Origin: Hydrogenophaga sp.
GTDB taxonomy: Bacteria > Pseudomonadota > Gammaproteobacteria > Burkholderiales > Burkholderiaceae_C
Assembly (NCBI RefSeq): GCF_050182545.1
Contig: NZ_JBFXCD010000002.1
Span: 52,850-116,849, forward strand
Direction of reading: 5' to 3'
Length of the DNA stretch: 64,000 nucleotides
Positions 43,002 to 52,448 of this stretch are shown in pieces. A program made the translations under genes and the position numbers. Positions within the stretch are counted from its first letter, which is position 1. Every line of letters begins with the position of its first letter. The notes beneath the pieces were generated by a model. That model was not told where the DNA came from. It saw only the letters and a list, made by a program, of their open reading frames with translations, and ran no database searches.

Positions 43002-44258
43002 TCACTCATAGCGCAGGGCCTCGGCCGGGTTCACGCGGCTCGCGCGCCAGCTCGGGTAGATCGTGGCCAGGAAGGCCAGCACCAGCGAGATCACCGCCAC
43101 CGGCACGATGTCGGTCTGCTGCGGGTCGCTGGGCATGCGGCTGATGAGGTAGATGTCTTGCGGAAGGAAGCTCGCACCCAGCAGCCGTTCGAGCGCGGGC
43201 ACCAGGGTGTCGATGTTGAACGCCACGCCCAGCCCCAGCAGCAGGCCCGCGCCGGTGCCGATGATGCCCACCATCGCACCCTGCACCATGAAGACGCCCA
43301 TGATGCTCTGCGGGCTCGCACCCAGGGTGCGCAGGATGGCGATGTCGGCGCGCTTGTCGGTCACCGTCATCACCAGCGTCGAGACGAGGTTGAACGCGGC
43401 CACCGCGACGATCAGCGTGAGGATGATGAACATCATGCGTTTCTCGAGCTGCACCGCCGCGAACCAGGTGCGGTTCTGGCGCGTCCAGTCGCGCACCAGC
43501 AGGCCGGGGTCAAGGTCGCTGGCGATCGACACCGCCACCTCGCGCGCCTGGTGCAGGTCCCGTATCTTCACGCGCACGCCGGTGGGGCCTTCCACGCGGA
43601 AGATGCGCGCGGCGTCGTCCGCATGCAGCAAGGCCAGCGCCGAGTCGTATTCGAAGTGGCCGGAGTTGAAGGTGCCCACCACCGTCATCTGGCGGATGCG
43701 CGGCACCACGCCGGCCGGTGTGACCTGGCCGCTGGGCGCGATCAGCGTGACGCTGTCGCCCGCGATCACGCCCAGGCTGCGCGCGAGCTCGCCACCGAGG
43801 ATGACGCCGAACTCGCCAGGCACCAGGCGCGGCAGCAGGGTCTGGGACAGGTCTGCGGCGAGGTCGGTCACCTTGGGCTCCTGCGCCGGGTCGATGCCAC
43901 GCACCAGGGCCCCCTTCATGTCCTCACCGCGCGCAATCAGCGCCTGCGCACCCACGAAAGGCGCGGCACCCACCACCTCGGGATGGCGCTCGATGCGCGC
44001 CAGCGTGTCCGCCAGGTTCGGGATCGCCTGCCCGTTCGGCTCGAACACCTCGATGTGCGAGAGCACGCCCAGCATGCGGTCGCGCACCTCCTTCTGGAAG
44101 CCGTTCATGACCGACAGCACGATGATGAGCGCGGCCACGCCCAGCGCGATGCCCAGCATGGACACGCCCGAGATGAAGGAGATGAAGCCGTTGCGCCGGG
44201 TGGCGCGCCCGGCGCGCGTGTAGCGCCAGCCGAGAAGGAGTTCGTAGGGGGTTTGCAT
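43002..44258 (-). CDS. lipoprotein-releasing ABC transporter permease (LolC/E family; single copy here)
   Basis: ORF 43002..44966. The real start is MQTPYELLLGWRYTRAG (44258; alternative 44279). Confidence 0.85.
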   Translation of the reverse strand: MQTPYELLLGWRYTRAGRATRRNGFISFISGVSMLGIALGVAALIIVLSVMNGFQKEVRDRMLGVLSHIEVFEPNGQAIPNLADTLARIERHPEVVGAAPFVGAQALIARGEDMKGALVRGIDPAQEPKVTDLAADLSQTLLPRLVPGEFGVILGGELARSLGVIAGDSVTLIAPSGQVTPAGVVPRIRQMTVVGTFNSGHFEYDSALALLHADDAARIFRVEGPTGVRVKIRDLHQAREVAVSIASDLDPGLLVRDWTRQNRTWFAAVQLEKRMMFIILTLIVAVAAFNLVSTLVMTVTDKRADIAILRTLGASPQSIMGVFMVQGAMVGIIGTGAGLLLGLGVAFNIDTLVPALERLLGASFLPQDIYLISRMPSDPQQTDIVPVAVISLVLAFLATIYPSWRASRVNPAEALRYE

Positions 44259-44303
44259 GGGTTCGTGTCCGGTGGGCATTGTGGCATCCCCGACAATCGC
44301 GCC

Positions 44304-45302
44304 ATGCCCGCTACCCACCCGGCCTCGGAGCCGTCCCCGCACCTGCTGGTTCCCTTCGCCAGCGCGAGCGACCCTGCCTGCCGTGCCGCCCTGCCCGGCC
44401 TGCAACTGCCCTGCCTCACCGCCTTGCTGGCCGAACTGGTGCCGGTCTACACCGATGCGGGCGACGACCACAGCCTGAGCCCGCCGCACGAACGCGCCCT
44501 GGCGCAGGCCATCGGGCTGCTGCGTGCCGATGGCTGCCCGTACGGTGATGGACTGATGCCCTGGGCCGCGCTGGAAGACGCACAACCCTCCACGCCGCAG
44601 GCCTGGTTCACACCCTGCCACTTCCAGGTCGGCATGGAGCAGGTGACGCTGCTGCCGGTCGAACAACTCGGTCTCACGGACGGGCATTCCCGGGCTCTGT
44701 TCGATGCCCTCGCCCCTTACTGCGCCGAGGACGGCATCACGCTCCGCTACGTGTCGCCCACGCGCTGGCACGCCCGCGGCGAGCCGCTGCGCGGCATCGC
44801 CTGCGCCAGCCTGGACCGTGTGAGCGGCCGTTCGGTGGAGGCCTGGATGGCCACCAGCACGGCAAACCCCGCGGGCAGCCAGTTGCTCAAGCGCCTGCAG
44901 AGCGAGGCGCAGATGCTGTTCTACACACACGCCGCACACGATGAGCGCGAGGCGGCCCGCCTGCATCCGGTCAACGGGTTCTGGGTCAGTGGCGCCGGCG
45001 CGCTGGAACGTGCCACCACGCCGCGCCCGGCCCCCGTTCAGCCCGATGACCTGCGCCGCGCCGTGCTGCAGGCCGACTGGTCCGCCTGGCAGCAGGCCTG
45101 GGCCGCGCTCGATGCGGGCGAGATCGCCCAGTGGCTGGCACGCGCGCGGCGTGGCGAGCCGGTCACCCTCACCCTGTGCGGCGAGCGCGTGGCGCGGCGC
45201 TGGACGAACACCGTCCCCCTGGGCGCGGGCGCGCGCATCGGCCGTCAGATCAAGAAGCTGCTGGGTTCCGCCCCGGCCTGGAAGACCCTGGAAACCCTAT
45301 GA
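44304..45302 (+). CDS. conserved hypothetical protein (332 aa), translationally coupled to recJ
   Basis: This is the tail of ORF 42879..45302, starting MPATHPASEPSPHLLVPFASASDP. Its stop overlaps the recJ ATG (ATGA). I recognise no domain. Confidence 0.6.
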   Translation: MPATHPASEPSPHLLVPFASASDPACRAALPGLQLPCLTALLAELVPVYTDAGDDHSLSPPHERALAQAIGLLRADGCPYGDGLMPWAALEDAQPSTPQAWFTPCHFQVGMEQVTLLPVEQLGLTDGHSRALFDALAPYCAEDGITLRYVSPTRWHARGEPLRGIACASLDRVSGRSVEAWMATSTANPAGSQLLKRLQSEAQMLFYTHAAHDEREAARLHPVNGFWVSGAGALERATTPRPAPVQPDDLRRAVLQADWSAWQQAWAALDAGEIAQWLARARRGEPVTLTLCGERVARRWTNTVPLGAGARIGRQIKKLLGSAPAWKTLETL

Positions 45303-47035
45303 AGATCATCACCCGAGACGTTCCCCCGCGCGCCGCCTGGGCGCTCGAACAGGGCGGCCTGCACCCCCTGCTGGCGCGCCTGTTCGCCGCGCGCGGCATC
45401 ACCAGCACCGACGAACTCGACGACGCGCTGGCACGCCTGCTGCCACCAAGCTCGATGCGCGGCGCACAGGACGCGGCGTGCGCGCTGGCCGACGCCATGG
45501 CCGCACGACAGAACATCTGCATCGTGGCCGACTACGACTGCGACGGCGCCACCGCCTGCGCGGTCGGCCTGCGCGGCCTGCGCCTGCTGGGCGCGCCACT
45601 GGGTTTCGACCGCGTGAACTACCTCGTGCCCGACCGCGTGACCGACGGCTACGGCCTCACGCCCGCGATCGCACAGCGGGTCAAGGCACAGGGCGCCGAT
45701 GTGCTGGTGACGGTGGACAACGGCATCGCCAGCGTGGACGGTGTGCGCGCCGCGCGCGAACTGGGCCTGCAGGTCATCGTGACCGACCACCACCTGCCCG
45801 CGCAACGGGACGGTGAGGTCGTGCTGCCGCAGGACTGCATCATCGTCAACCCCAACCAGCCCGGCTGCCCGTTCGAGAGCAAGTCGATCGCCGGGGTCGG
45901 CGTGATGTTCTACGTGCTGCTGGCGCTGCGCGCGGAACTGCGCGAGCGGGGTGTCTTCACCGCGCAGGAGCAACCGCGCATCGATGCCCTGCTCCCTCTG
46001 GTGGCGCTGGGCACCGTGGCCGACGTGGTCAGGCTCGACGCCAACAACCGCCGGCTCGTGGCACAGGGCTTGAAGCGTGTGCGCGCAGGGGCGATGCCAC
46101 CGGGCATGACGGCGCTCTTCAACGCCGCCGCCCGCAAGCCTGCGGCCGCCACCGGCTTCGACTTCGGCTTTGCGCTCGGCCCGCGGCTGAATGCAGCGGG
46201 CCGCCTGGCCGACATGACGCTGGGCATCGAATGCCTCACCACCGACGACGCGTTGCGCGCCGACGAACTCGCGCGCACGCTCGACGGCATCAACCGCGAG
46301 CGCAAGGCCATCGAGGGCGACATGCGCGAGCAGGCTTTGCAAATGGCCGAGGAGATGTTCGACGCGTCCGAGGAACCACCGCCCGCGCTGGTGGTGTTCG
46401 ACCCCGACTTCCACGAAGGCGTGGTCGGCATCGTGGCTTCGCGCCTGAAGGACAAGCTGCACCGCCCGACCTTCGTCTTCGCGGCCAGCGGTGCCGCGGG
46501 CAAGGAGCACGAGCTCAAGGGCTCGGGCCGTTCGATTGCGGGCTTCCACCTGCGCGACGCGCTCGATCTGGTGGCCAAGCGCCACCCGGGCGTGCTGCTG
46601 CGTTTTGGCGGCCACGCCATGGCGTCGGGTTGCACCATCGACGAGGAGCACCTCGACACCTTCGAGGCAGCCCTGCAGCAGGTGGCCCACGAATGGCTGG
46701 ACGCAGCCACGCTGCAGCGCCGCATGGAGGCCGACGGCCCGCTCGACCCGAAGTACCGCCGCCCGGATCTGGTGGACACGCTGCACAAGGAGGTGTGGGG
46801 CCAGGGCTTCGCGCCGCCGGTGTTCAGCGAGGAGGTGCAGGTGGTGTCGCAGCGGCTGGTGGGCGAGAAGCACCTGGCGCTGAAACTCAAGCACCAGGGC
46901 GAACCGGTGGATGGCATCTGGTTCGGCCACACGGAGCCCTTGCCCGCGCGCGTGACCATCGCGTTTCGCCTCGACGCGGACGAGTGGCAGGGACAGCGGC
47001 GGGTGCGGTTTCTGGTGGAGGCGGCGGAGGTCTGA
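45299..47035 (+). CDS. recJ: single-stranded-DNA-specific exonuclease RecJ
   Basis: ORF 45131..47035. The start is MKIITRDVPPRA. It contains the DHH motifs IVADYDCDGATA and VTDHHLP. Confidence 0.9.
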   Translation: MKIITRDVPPRAAWALEQGGLHPLLARLFAARGITSTDELDDALARLLPPSSMRGAQDAACALADAMAARQNICIVADYDCDGATACAVGLRGLRLLGAPLGFDRVNYLVPDRVTDGYGLTPAIAQRVKAQGADVLVTVDNGIASVDGVRAARELGLQVIVTDHHLPAQRDGEVVLPQDCIIVNPNQPGCPFESKSIAGVGVMFYVLLALRAELRERGVFTAQEQPRIDALLPLVALGTVADVVRLDANNRRLVAQGLKRVRAGAMPPGMTALFNAAARKPAAATGFDFGFALGPRLNAAGRLADMTLGIECLTTDDALRADELARTLDGINRERKAIEGDMREQALQMAEEMFDASEEPPPALVVFDPDFHEGVVGIVASRLKDKLHRPTFVFAASGAAGKEHELKGSGRSIAGFHLRDALDLVAKRHPGVLLRFGGHAMASGCTIDEEHLDTFEAALQQVAHEWLDAATLQRRMEADGPLDPKYRRPDLVDTLHKEVWGQGFAPPVFSEEVQVVSQRLVGEKHLALKLKHQGEPVDGIWFGHTEPLPARVTIAFRLDADEWQGQRRVRFLVEAAEV

Positions 47036-47071
47036 GGGCTTGTTGCCACTTCGCTCACGCAACTCGCTCGC

Positions 47072-47175
47072 GGGCACAGGGGCGCGGGCACTCTGCTCCG
47101 CGACTGTCCCCCGGGCCGGCAGAGCCGTCCCTCCTCCTTGATGTCGCTGCGCAGAGCGCCCACACCCCTGCGCCC
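47072..47175. repeat. nested-palindrome element B1 (25-bp arms plus 54-nt core; pyrimidine-rich core version on the + strand)
   Basis: Arms 47072-47096 and 47151-47175 form 21 WC pairs out of 25. The core is TCCGCGACTGTCCCCC...CCTCCTCCTTGATGTCGCTGC. Confidence 0.65.
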
Positions 47176-47214
47176 GTGACGCCTTGGGGCGGCCAGCGCC
47201 CCGCCCGCCCAGGA

Positions 47215-47320
47215 GGTCGTTGGTGGCCGGGGTGATCGCTGCAGCGAAGTCAAGGAGGAGAACCGGCGAAGCCGGTTCGGGGGACATGAGCGGAGGCGAT
47301 CACCCCGGCCGCCAACGACC
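47215..47320. repeat. nested-palindrome element B2 (25-bp arms plus 54-nt core; purine-rich core version on the + strand)
   Basis: Arms 47215-47239 and 47296-47320 form 24 WC plus 1 G:T pair. The core (47241-47294) matches the reverse complement of the A1 core at 53 of 54 positions. Confidence 0.75.
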
Positions 47321-47339
47321 GGATCCACGCCAGAGACGT

Positions 47340-48080
47340 TCAGCTCATCAGCGCTTCACGCACCGCCGCAAGCTGACGCCGGGACACCGCCAGGCGTTCG
47401 TCCACCCCGTCGAGCCGCACCGTCCAGCCTTCGCCTTCGACCGGGTCGTTGTGCTTCTCCACCGCCCGCACAGCGCGGCGCGAGACCAGTGCGTTGCGGT
47501 GCACACGCACGAACAGGTGGGCATAGCGCTGCTCCAGGTCGCTGAGCGCGCCGTCGAAGATGTGCTCCTTGTCGGCCGTGCGCACCGTGATGTACTTCAG
47601 TTCGGCCTTCAGGTAGATCACGTCGGCCAGTGCCACGCGCTCGCTGCGCCCGCGCTCCTGGATGATCAGGCTCTCGGGCAGCCCGTTGTCCTGGGCGTTC
47701 TCGGCTGCGCTGCGCAGGCGCACCACCTTCTGCAGGGCCTGCTGCAGGCGCTCGCGCCGCACGGGCTTGGTGAGGTAGTCCACCGCCTCCAGTTCGAAGG
47801 CATGCACCGCATGTTCCGCATAGGCAGTAACGAAGACAATCGCGGGTGGGGCGGCCATCTCGCGCAAGGTCGAGGCCAGCGCCATGCCATCCACGCCGGG
47901 CATGTGAATGTCCAGCATCAACAGATCGCAACCGGTGCGCTGGATCTGCTCCATGGCCTGCACCGCGTTCGATGCCTCACCCACCACATCGGCCCGGGGC
48001 TCGGTGCACTCGCCCAGCAGGGTGCGCATGCGTGAACGCGCCAGCGCCTCATCGTCAACGATCAGTACCTTCAGTGTCAT
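47340..48080 (-). CDS. LytTR-family two-component response regulator (AlgR-like)
   Basis: ORF 47340..48080 has a receiver domain (LIVDDE...MLDIHMPGVDG) and a LytTR C-terminus. Confidence 0.85.
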   Translation of the reverse strand: MTLKVLIVDDEALARSRMRTLLGECTEPRADVVGEASNAVQAMEQIQRTGCDLLMLDIHMPGVDGMALASTLREMAAPPAIVFVTAYAEHAVHAFELEAVDYLTKPVRRERLQQALQKVVRLRSAAENAQDNGLPESLIIQERGRSERVALADVIYLKAELKYITVRTADKEHIFDGALSDLEQRYAHLFVRVHRNALVSRRAVRAVEKHNDPVEGEGWTVRLDGVDERLAVSRRQLAAVREALMS

Positions 48081-48122
48081 GTCACGCTCCGTTGCCAGAC
48101 CCGGTTCGGCTCCATACCCCGC

Positions 48123-49184
48123 TTATACCGGTATTTCGAGCCTTACCTGAAACACGCCATTCACCAGTGCGCTCTGAAAGCGACCCTGCACATCATGCAA
48201 CAAGGTCAGCCGCTGGCGCACATTGTCCAGCGCCAGCCCGTTGCCGCGCCGCCCGCTGCCTGCAGGCACGGTGTTGGTGACCTTGATCACCACCACGCCG
48301 CCCCGGCGCTGGGTGCTGATGCGAACCACCGCGCCCGTTGCGCTGGGCTCCACGCCGTGCTTGACCGCATTCTCCACCAGTGGCTGCAGGATCAGGGGCG
48401 GCAACTTGGCCTTGGACGCAGTCTCGTCCACGCTCCACTCCACACGCAGCCGTTCTCCAAAGCGCACCTGCTCAATGGCGAGGTAGTGCTCGGCCAGCTC
48501 CAGTTCCTGCCACAGGGGCACGGCCTCCTTGGCATCGGCCAGCGCGTGGCGGAACAGTTCGCTCAGGTCCTCCAGCAGGCTCTCGGCCTTGGCAGGCTCC
48601 TCGCGCACCAGTGCAATGGCACTGTTGAGCGTGTTGAACAGGAAGTGCGGGCGGATGCGCGCCTGCAGTTCGGCCAGTCGCGCGGTCGTGCCAGCCGGTC
48701 CGCGGGCCCGGGCGCGCCACATCAACGCGGCAACCAGCACGGCGGACACCAGCGCACCCGAGGCCGCGCTGGCCAGCCAGGGCGAAGGCTCGGCCAAGCC
48801 CATCCAGACCAGCAACGCGCACCCATAGAGCCCGCTGAGGGCGCCAAATCCGATGGCAGCGCTCCATTGCCCGGCCATGGGCAACAAACCCAGCTGGCGC
48901 TTGAGCCCGCACACCGTCAGCAGCCAGGCCAGCACGGCGGGCAACGCCGCGCCGGTGTAGATCGCCATCTGCGTGATCCAGGCCACGAAGCTGTGCGCAC
49001 CAAACAGCGCCGCCACGACCACGATGGCTTGCACGAACAGCACCGCGCGCAGCACGGTGCCGACCTGGCAGGTATCGAACACCTGCACCCGCGCGCGCAG
49101 GTGCTCGGGCATCTCCGAGATCGGACGCGCCCCGGCCGCATGCGCCAGTTCCTGGAAGCTCGATAAAATTCTGGAATCTTTCAT
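48123..49184 (-). CDS. LytS/AlgZ(FimS)-type sensor histidine kinase
   Basis: ORF 48123..49280. The likely start is MKDSRILSS. It has TM segments, the H-box region [13 protein letters not shown] and an ATPase domain. Confidence 0.8.
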   Translation of the reverse strand: MKDSRILSSFQELAHAAGARPISEMPEHLRARVQVFDTCQVGTVLRAVLFVQAIVVVAALFGAHSFVAWITQMAIYTGAALPAVLAWLLTVCGLKRQLGLLPMAGQWSAAIGFGALSGLYGCALLVWMGLAEPSPWLASAASGALVSAVLVAALMWRARARGPAGTTARLAELQARIRPHFLFNTLNSAIALVREEPAKAESLLEDLSELFRHALADAKEAVPLWQELELAEHYLAIEQVRFGERLRVEWSVDETASKAKLPPLILQPLVENAVKHGVEPSATGAVVRISTQRRGGVVVIKVTNTVPAGSGRRGNGLALDNVRQRLTLLHDVQGRFQSALVNGVFQVRLEIPV

Positions 49185-49335
49185 GGGAAGCGAATCCGTC
49201 CGCGGGTCGGACGCCGTGAGGGTCTGTACAGGGGCACGCTGCGCCACCAGGCGGCCCGGGCTCTCTGTCTTGCCGAACACCCATGCCGGGTGGGCATCCG
49301 CTTCCTCCCCTTCCCTTCAAGCCGCTGGCAACACC

Positions 49336-50790
49336 ATGTCCACCAACCAACTCGACAAGAAATCCGAAGCCTGGTCCGCCCTATTCTCGGAGCCCATGAG
49401 CGAGTTGGTCAAGCGGTACACCGCCAGCGTCTTTTTCGACAAGCGCCTGTGGCAGGCAGACATCACTGGCAGTCTGGCCCATGCGGAGATGCTGGCGCAC
49501 CAGGGCATCATCGGCGCCGCCGACCTCGAATCCATCCAGCGCGGCATGGCGCAGATCACTTCCGAAATCGAAAGCGGCGACTTCAAGTGGCAGCTCGACC
49601 TTGAAGACGTGCACCTCAACATCGAGGCGCGCCTGACGCAACTGGTGGGCGATGCCGGCAAACGCCTGCACACCGGCCGCAGCCGCAATGACCAGGTCGC
49701 CACCGATGTGCGCCTGTGGCTGCGCGGCGAGATCGACCTCATCGTGCCGCTGCTCAACGAGCTGCAGACCGCCCTGGTGGACGTGGCCGAGAAAAACGTC
49801 GACGTGATCCTGCCCGGCTTCACCCACCTGCAGGTGGCGCAGCCGGTGAGCTTCGCGCACCATCTGCTGGCCTACGTGGAGATGTTCTCGCGCGACGCCG
49901 AGCGCATGTCCGATGTGCGCCGCCGCACCAACCGCCTGCCGCTGGGCAGTGCCGCACTGGCGGGCACCACCTACCCGCTGGACCGCGAACGCGTGGCGCG
50001 CACGCTGGGCATGGTCGATGCACACGGTGAGCCACAGGTGTGCCAGAACAGCCTCGACGGCGTGAGCGACCGCGACTTCGCGATCGAATTCACCGCCGCG
50101 GCCTCTTTGTGCATGGTGCACCTGAGCCGCCTCAGCGAAGAACTCATTTTGTGGATGAGCCAGAACTTCGGCTTCGTGAAGATCGCCGACCGCTTCACCA
50201 CAGGCAGTTCGATCATGCCGCAGAAGAAGAACCCCGACGTGCCCGAACTCGCGCGCGGCAAGACCGGCCGCGTGGTGGGCCACCTCATGGGTCTGATCAC
50301 CCTCATGAAAGGCCAGCCGCTGGCCTACAACAAGGACAACCAGGAAGACAAGGAGCCACTGTTCGACACGGTGGACACCTTGAAGGACACGCTGCGCATC
50401 TTCTGCGAGATGGTGGGCGGCCAGTTGAATCCAGCCACCGGCGCCAAGGAAGGCGGCATCACCGTCAACGCGGTGGCCATGGAAGACGCCGCCCGCAAGG
50501 GCTACGCCACCGCCACCGACCTGGCCGACTACCTGGTGAAGAAAGGCCTGCCATTCCGCGACGCGCACGAGACCGTGGCACACGCGGTCAAGGCCGCCGT
50601 GTCACACAACTGTGACCTCTCGGAGCTGCCGCTGACGGTGCTGCAGGGCTTCAACGCATCGATCGAGAAGGACGTCTACGAGTGCCTGAGCCTGCGCGGC
50701 AGCCTGGAAGCGCGCAACACCCTGGGCGGCACCGCGCCGGCTCAGGTGCGCGCGCAGATCGCGCGGCACCGCCAGAGGTTGGCGGCCTGA
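49336..50790 (+). CDS. argH: argininosuccinate lyase
   Basis: This is the tail of ORF 48973..50790, starting [25 protein letters not shown]. It contains [12 protein letters not shown]. Confidence 0.95.
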   Translation: MSTNQLDKKSEAWSALFSEPMSELVKRYTASVFFDKRLWQADITGSLAHAEMLAHQGIIGAADLESIQRGMAQITSEIESGDFKWQLDLEDVHLNIEARLTQLVGDAGKRLHTGRSRNDQVATDVRLWLRGEIDLIVPLLNELQTALVDVAEKNVDVILPGFTHLQVAQPVSFAHHLLAYVEMFSRDAERMSDVRRRTNRLPLGSAALAGTTYPLDRERVARTLGMVDAHGEPQVCQNSLDGVSDRDFAIEFTAAASLCMVHLSRLSEELILWMSQNFGFVKIADRFTTGSSIMPQKKNPDVPELARGKTGRVVGHLMGLITLMKGQPLAYNKDNQEDKEPLFDTVDTLKDTLRIFCEMVGGQLNPATGAKEGGITVNAVAMEDAARKGYATATDLADYLVKKGLPFRDAHETVAHAVKAAVSHNCDLSELPLTVLQGFNASIEKDVYECLSLRGSLEARNTLGGTAPAQVRAQIARHRQRLAA

Positions 50791-50800
50791 GCGTTCAGCC

Positions 50801-51112
50801 TCAGGTGCAGGGATCGGGCTGCGGCAATTCGGTGCAACGCTGGTAGGCCTCGGGCTTGAGGCCACCGCCGACCACGCGGTACTGATCGAAACAGGCCGCG
50901 CTGGCGATGTAGCGGTGCCAGCGGGCCTCGCAGGCGCTGGTGCCGTGCGGCAGCGGGGCGTTGGCGGGCACCGCGTTCGCACGGTGCTCCGGCGGCACCT
51001 CGGTGCCATAGACCACGCGGCCGTACTCGTCCGTCCAGCGGAACACGTCGGCGGGCAGTGCGACCGAAGGCACGACCAGCGCCACAGCGAGAGCAAGAGC
51101 GGCGGACTTCAT
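50801..51112 (-). CDS. small secreted DUF4124-like protein
   Basis: ORF 50801..51133. MKSAALALAVALVVPSVALPADVFRWTDEYGRVVYG. Confidence 0.6.
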   Translation of the reverse strand: MKSAALALAVALVVPSVALPADVFRWTDEYGRVVYGTEVPPEHRANAVPANAPLPHGTSACEARWHRYIASAACFDQYRVVGGGLKPEAYQRCTELPQPDPCT

Positions 51113-51192
51113 GGACGGTGAGACACCGGGCACACGCGCAGGGTTCCAGAACGGCCACGCCTCCCGTCAAAAATTTTCAAGGCAGCTCGGCC

Positions 51193-51213
51193 CGGTTTCA
51201 CAAGCGGTTTCAC
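51193..51213. promoter_or_regulatory. tandem direct repeat CGGTTTCAC-N3-CGGTTTCAC upstream of the lactate dehydrogenase gene
   Basis: Two identical 9-mers at 51193-51201 and 51205-51213, read directly. Their function is unknown. Confidence 0.2.
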
Positions 51214-51296
51214 GGGCGGACGGCTAACATGCGTGCCACGCCTGCGGCCCATGGCGCCGCGCCGGCCTCTCACAACAACCACCGGAGACCTCCAGC

Positions 51297-52448
51297 ATGA
51301 CCGTCATCACCAACGTGGAAGACCTGCGCGTGCTCGCACAGCGGCGTGTGCCGCGCATGTTCTACGACTACGCCGATTCCGGCTCGTGGACCGAAGGCAC
51401 CTACCGCGCCAACAGCGAGGACTTCCAGAAGATCAAGCTGCGCCAGCGCGTGGCGGTGAACATGGAGAACCGCAGCACCCGCAGCACCATGATCGGTCAG
51501 GACGTGGCCATGCCGGTGGCGATCGCGCCCACCGGGCTGACCGGCATGCAGCACGCCGACGGCGAGATCCTGGCCGCGCGCGCCGCCAGAAACTTCGGCA
51601 TTCCGTTCACGCTCTCGACCATGAGCATCTGCTCGATCGAGGACGTGGCGCAGCACGCGGGCGAGGGTTTCTGGTTCCAGTTGTATGTGATGAAAGACCG
51701 CGGCTTCATCGAACGCCTGATCGACCGCGCCAAAGCGGCGAATTGCGGCGCGCTGGTGCTTACGCTGGATCTGCAGATCCTCGGCCAGCGCCACAAGGAC
51801 CTGAAGAACGGCTTGACCGCGCCACCGAAGATGACGCTGGCCAACATCCTCAACATCGCCAGCAAACCGCGCTGGGCCATGGGCATGCTGGGTACGCAGC
51901 GGCGCCAGTTCGGCAACATCGTGGGCCACGTGCAGGGCGTGACCGACATGGCCAACCTCGGCGCCTGGACGGCCCAGCAGTTCGACCCCGCGCTCAACTG
52001 GGGTGACGTGGAGTGGATCAAGCAGCGCTGGGGCGGCAAGCTGATCCTCAAGGGCATCCAGGACGTGGAGGACGCGAAGCTCAGCGTCGCCTCGGGTGCC
52101 GATGCGCTGATCGTGAGCAACCACGGTGGTCGACAGCTCGACGGCGCGCAGAGCAGCATCGAGGCCCTGCCGGCCATCGTGGACGCGGTGGGCGGCCAGA
52201 TCGAGGTGCACATGGACGGCGGCATCCGCAGCGGCCAGGATGTGCTCAAGGCCCGCGCCCTGGGCGCGCGCGGCGTCTACATCGGCCGGCCCATGCTCTA
52301 CGGCCTGGGCGCCATGGGCGAGGCCGGCGTGGCCAAGTGCCTGGAGATCATCCACAAGGAACTCGACCTGACCATGGCCTTCTGCGGCCACACCAACATT
52401 GAGACGGTCGACAAGCGCATTCTGCTGCCGGGCACGTTCCCGACCTGA
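51297..52448 (+). CDS. lldD: FMN-dependent alpha-hydroxy acid (L-lactate) dehydrogenase
   Basis: ORF 51297..52448 contains RVPRMFYDYADSGSWTE and SNHGGRQLD. Confidence 0.85.
   Translation: MTVITNVEDLRVLAQRRVPRMFYDYADSGSWTEGTYRANSEDFQKIKLRQRVAVNMENRSTRSTMIGQDVAMPVAIAPTGLTGMQHADGEILAARAARNFGIPFTLSTMSICSIEDVAQHAGEGFWFQLYVMKDRGFIERLIDRAKAANCGALVLTLDLQILGQRHKDLKNGLTAPPKMTLANILNIASKPRWAMGMLGTQRRQFGNIVGHVQGVTDMANLGAWTAQQFDPALNWGDVEWIKQRWGGKLILKGIQDVEDAKLSVASGADALIVSNHGGRQLDGAQSSIEALPAIVDAVGGQIEVHMDGGIRSGQDVLKARALGARGVYIGRPMLYGLGAMGEAGVAKCLEIIHKELDLTMAFCGHTNIETVDKRILLPGTFPT

Noticed and set aside
45245-47287. A 680-aa minus-strand ORF, with a 472-aa neighbour at 45910..47328.
   Set aside because: Both are antisense to recJ and extend through the repeat elements. 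Neither has recognisable domains.
47250-47292. AAGGAGGAG followed about 30 nt later by ATG inside the repeat cores. It looks like a ribosome-binding site plus start codon for a small ORF. The track frames even give the recurring peptide AAKSRRRTG.AGSGDMSG.
   Set aside because: The SD-to-ATG spacing is far too long. The frame after the ATG is not conserved between copies. The shared peptide is simply a consequence of the shared repeat DNA read in an open GC-rich frame.
40041-47320. The possibility that the repeated elements represent a CRISPR array or its remnants.
   Set aside because: There are only two copies per locus, in inverted orientation. Each is a long nested palindrome. There is no regular repeat-spacer periodicity, and no cas genes lie in the window.
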